From Casimicrobiaceae bacterium (GTDB taxonomy: Bacteria > Pseudomonadota > Gammaproteobacteria > Burkholderiales > Casimicrobiaceae): a DNA stretch of 64,000 nt. The stretch's first letter is position 1, and each line of letters begins with the position of its first letter. A model generated the notes under the pieces. That model had not been told where the DNA came from. It searched no databases and saw nothing but the letters and a program-made list of their open reading frames with translations. The stretch is taken from contig JBDTWB010000001.1 of assembly GCA_040006895.1 (NCBI GenBank), positions 1,802-65,801 on the forward strand, read 5' to 3'. The position numbers and the translations under genes are program-made. This document shows, piece after piece, positions 63,779-64,000 of this stretch.

Positions 63779-64000
63779 GAGAACCCGGCGCGCGAGCGCC
63801 CTCTTGGCACCCGCCGAGAGGCTCGGAGCCGGGTCGTGACCGCGCGGCGCGGAACGTCGCCGGACTTGGGCATGGGCTTGCCTTCGATCATGGCGAAGAC
63901 GCTGTGCTGTCGAGGCGCATGGCCGGGCCGGCGTGCCTCGGTGCGTGCTGTCGCGTCCAGACCGGCCAGAGGCCAGTGAGTTCGCGCGTTGCCGCGGCGA

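Noticed and set aside
63779-64000. Possible 3' end of another minus-strand gene ending in TGA overlapping the amidohydrolase ATG (...FAMIEGKPMPKSGDVPRRAVTTRLRASRRVPRGRSRAGFS*), and ORF 63551-63979 plus.
   Set aside because: The reading frame has moderate GC3 but an Arg-rich, unrecognisable translation, and it runs off the window edge. There is not enough evidence to call a gene. The plus-strand ORF is antisense junk.

Overview
This is a high-GC proteobacterial chromosomal segment with beta/gamma-like gene order, about 90% coding. I call 55 protein-coding genes. I saw no rRNA, tRNA, CRISPR array, transposase or integrase. Gene order is as follows. (1) cspA, a short MetE-like methyltransferase, a 2-hydroxyacid dehydrogenase and a CUT1-type sugar ABC transporter. 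(2) grxD, and amt behind a sigma-54/NtrC-type control region. (3) The spoT-rpoZ-gmk-yicC block, a Hanks Ser/Thr kinase with a PP2C phosphatase, and dnaQ. (4) An orphan PEP-CTERM secreted protein, then ilvA. (5) The twitching-motility chemosensory cluster pilG-pilH-pilI-pilJ-chpA, with a 2523-aa ChpA. (6) A roughly 9-kb block of stress and repair genes: aromatic monooxygenase, PRC-barrel protein plus mini-lipoprotein, DUF2784 plus Tat-signal MsrB, an EF-G paralog, and a PhoD-like phosphatase plus photolyase. (7) yqgE-ruvX-pyrR-pyrB-pyrC', an AhpD-like protein, yggX, argA, uvrD, a membrane protein, thrB, DUF2782, a LOG-family protein and polA. (8) Two convergent NitT/TauT-type ABC transporters. 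The second sits in a 7-gene catabolic operon of unknown substrate (amidohydrolase, SDR, cupin, ABC transporter, DHDPS-like lyase). Most of the window is ordinary core genome. The leads I rate highest are these. The PEP-CTERM protein has a single Cys and a QxGIW motif that resemble internal thioester adhesin domains, and it sits behind a sigma-54 promoter. A near-consensus sigma-54 promoter lies in front of the kinase/phosphatase pair. The EF-G paralog has Phe in place of the switch-II catalytic His and follows a 655-bp non-coding region. DUF2784 is paired with a Tat-exported MsrB. About a third of ChpA is acidic low-complexity linker. All functional calls come from reading motifs in the translations; no database search was possible.
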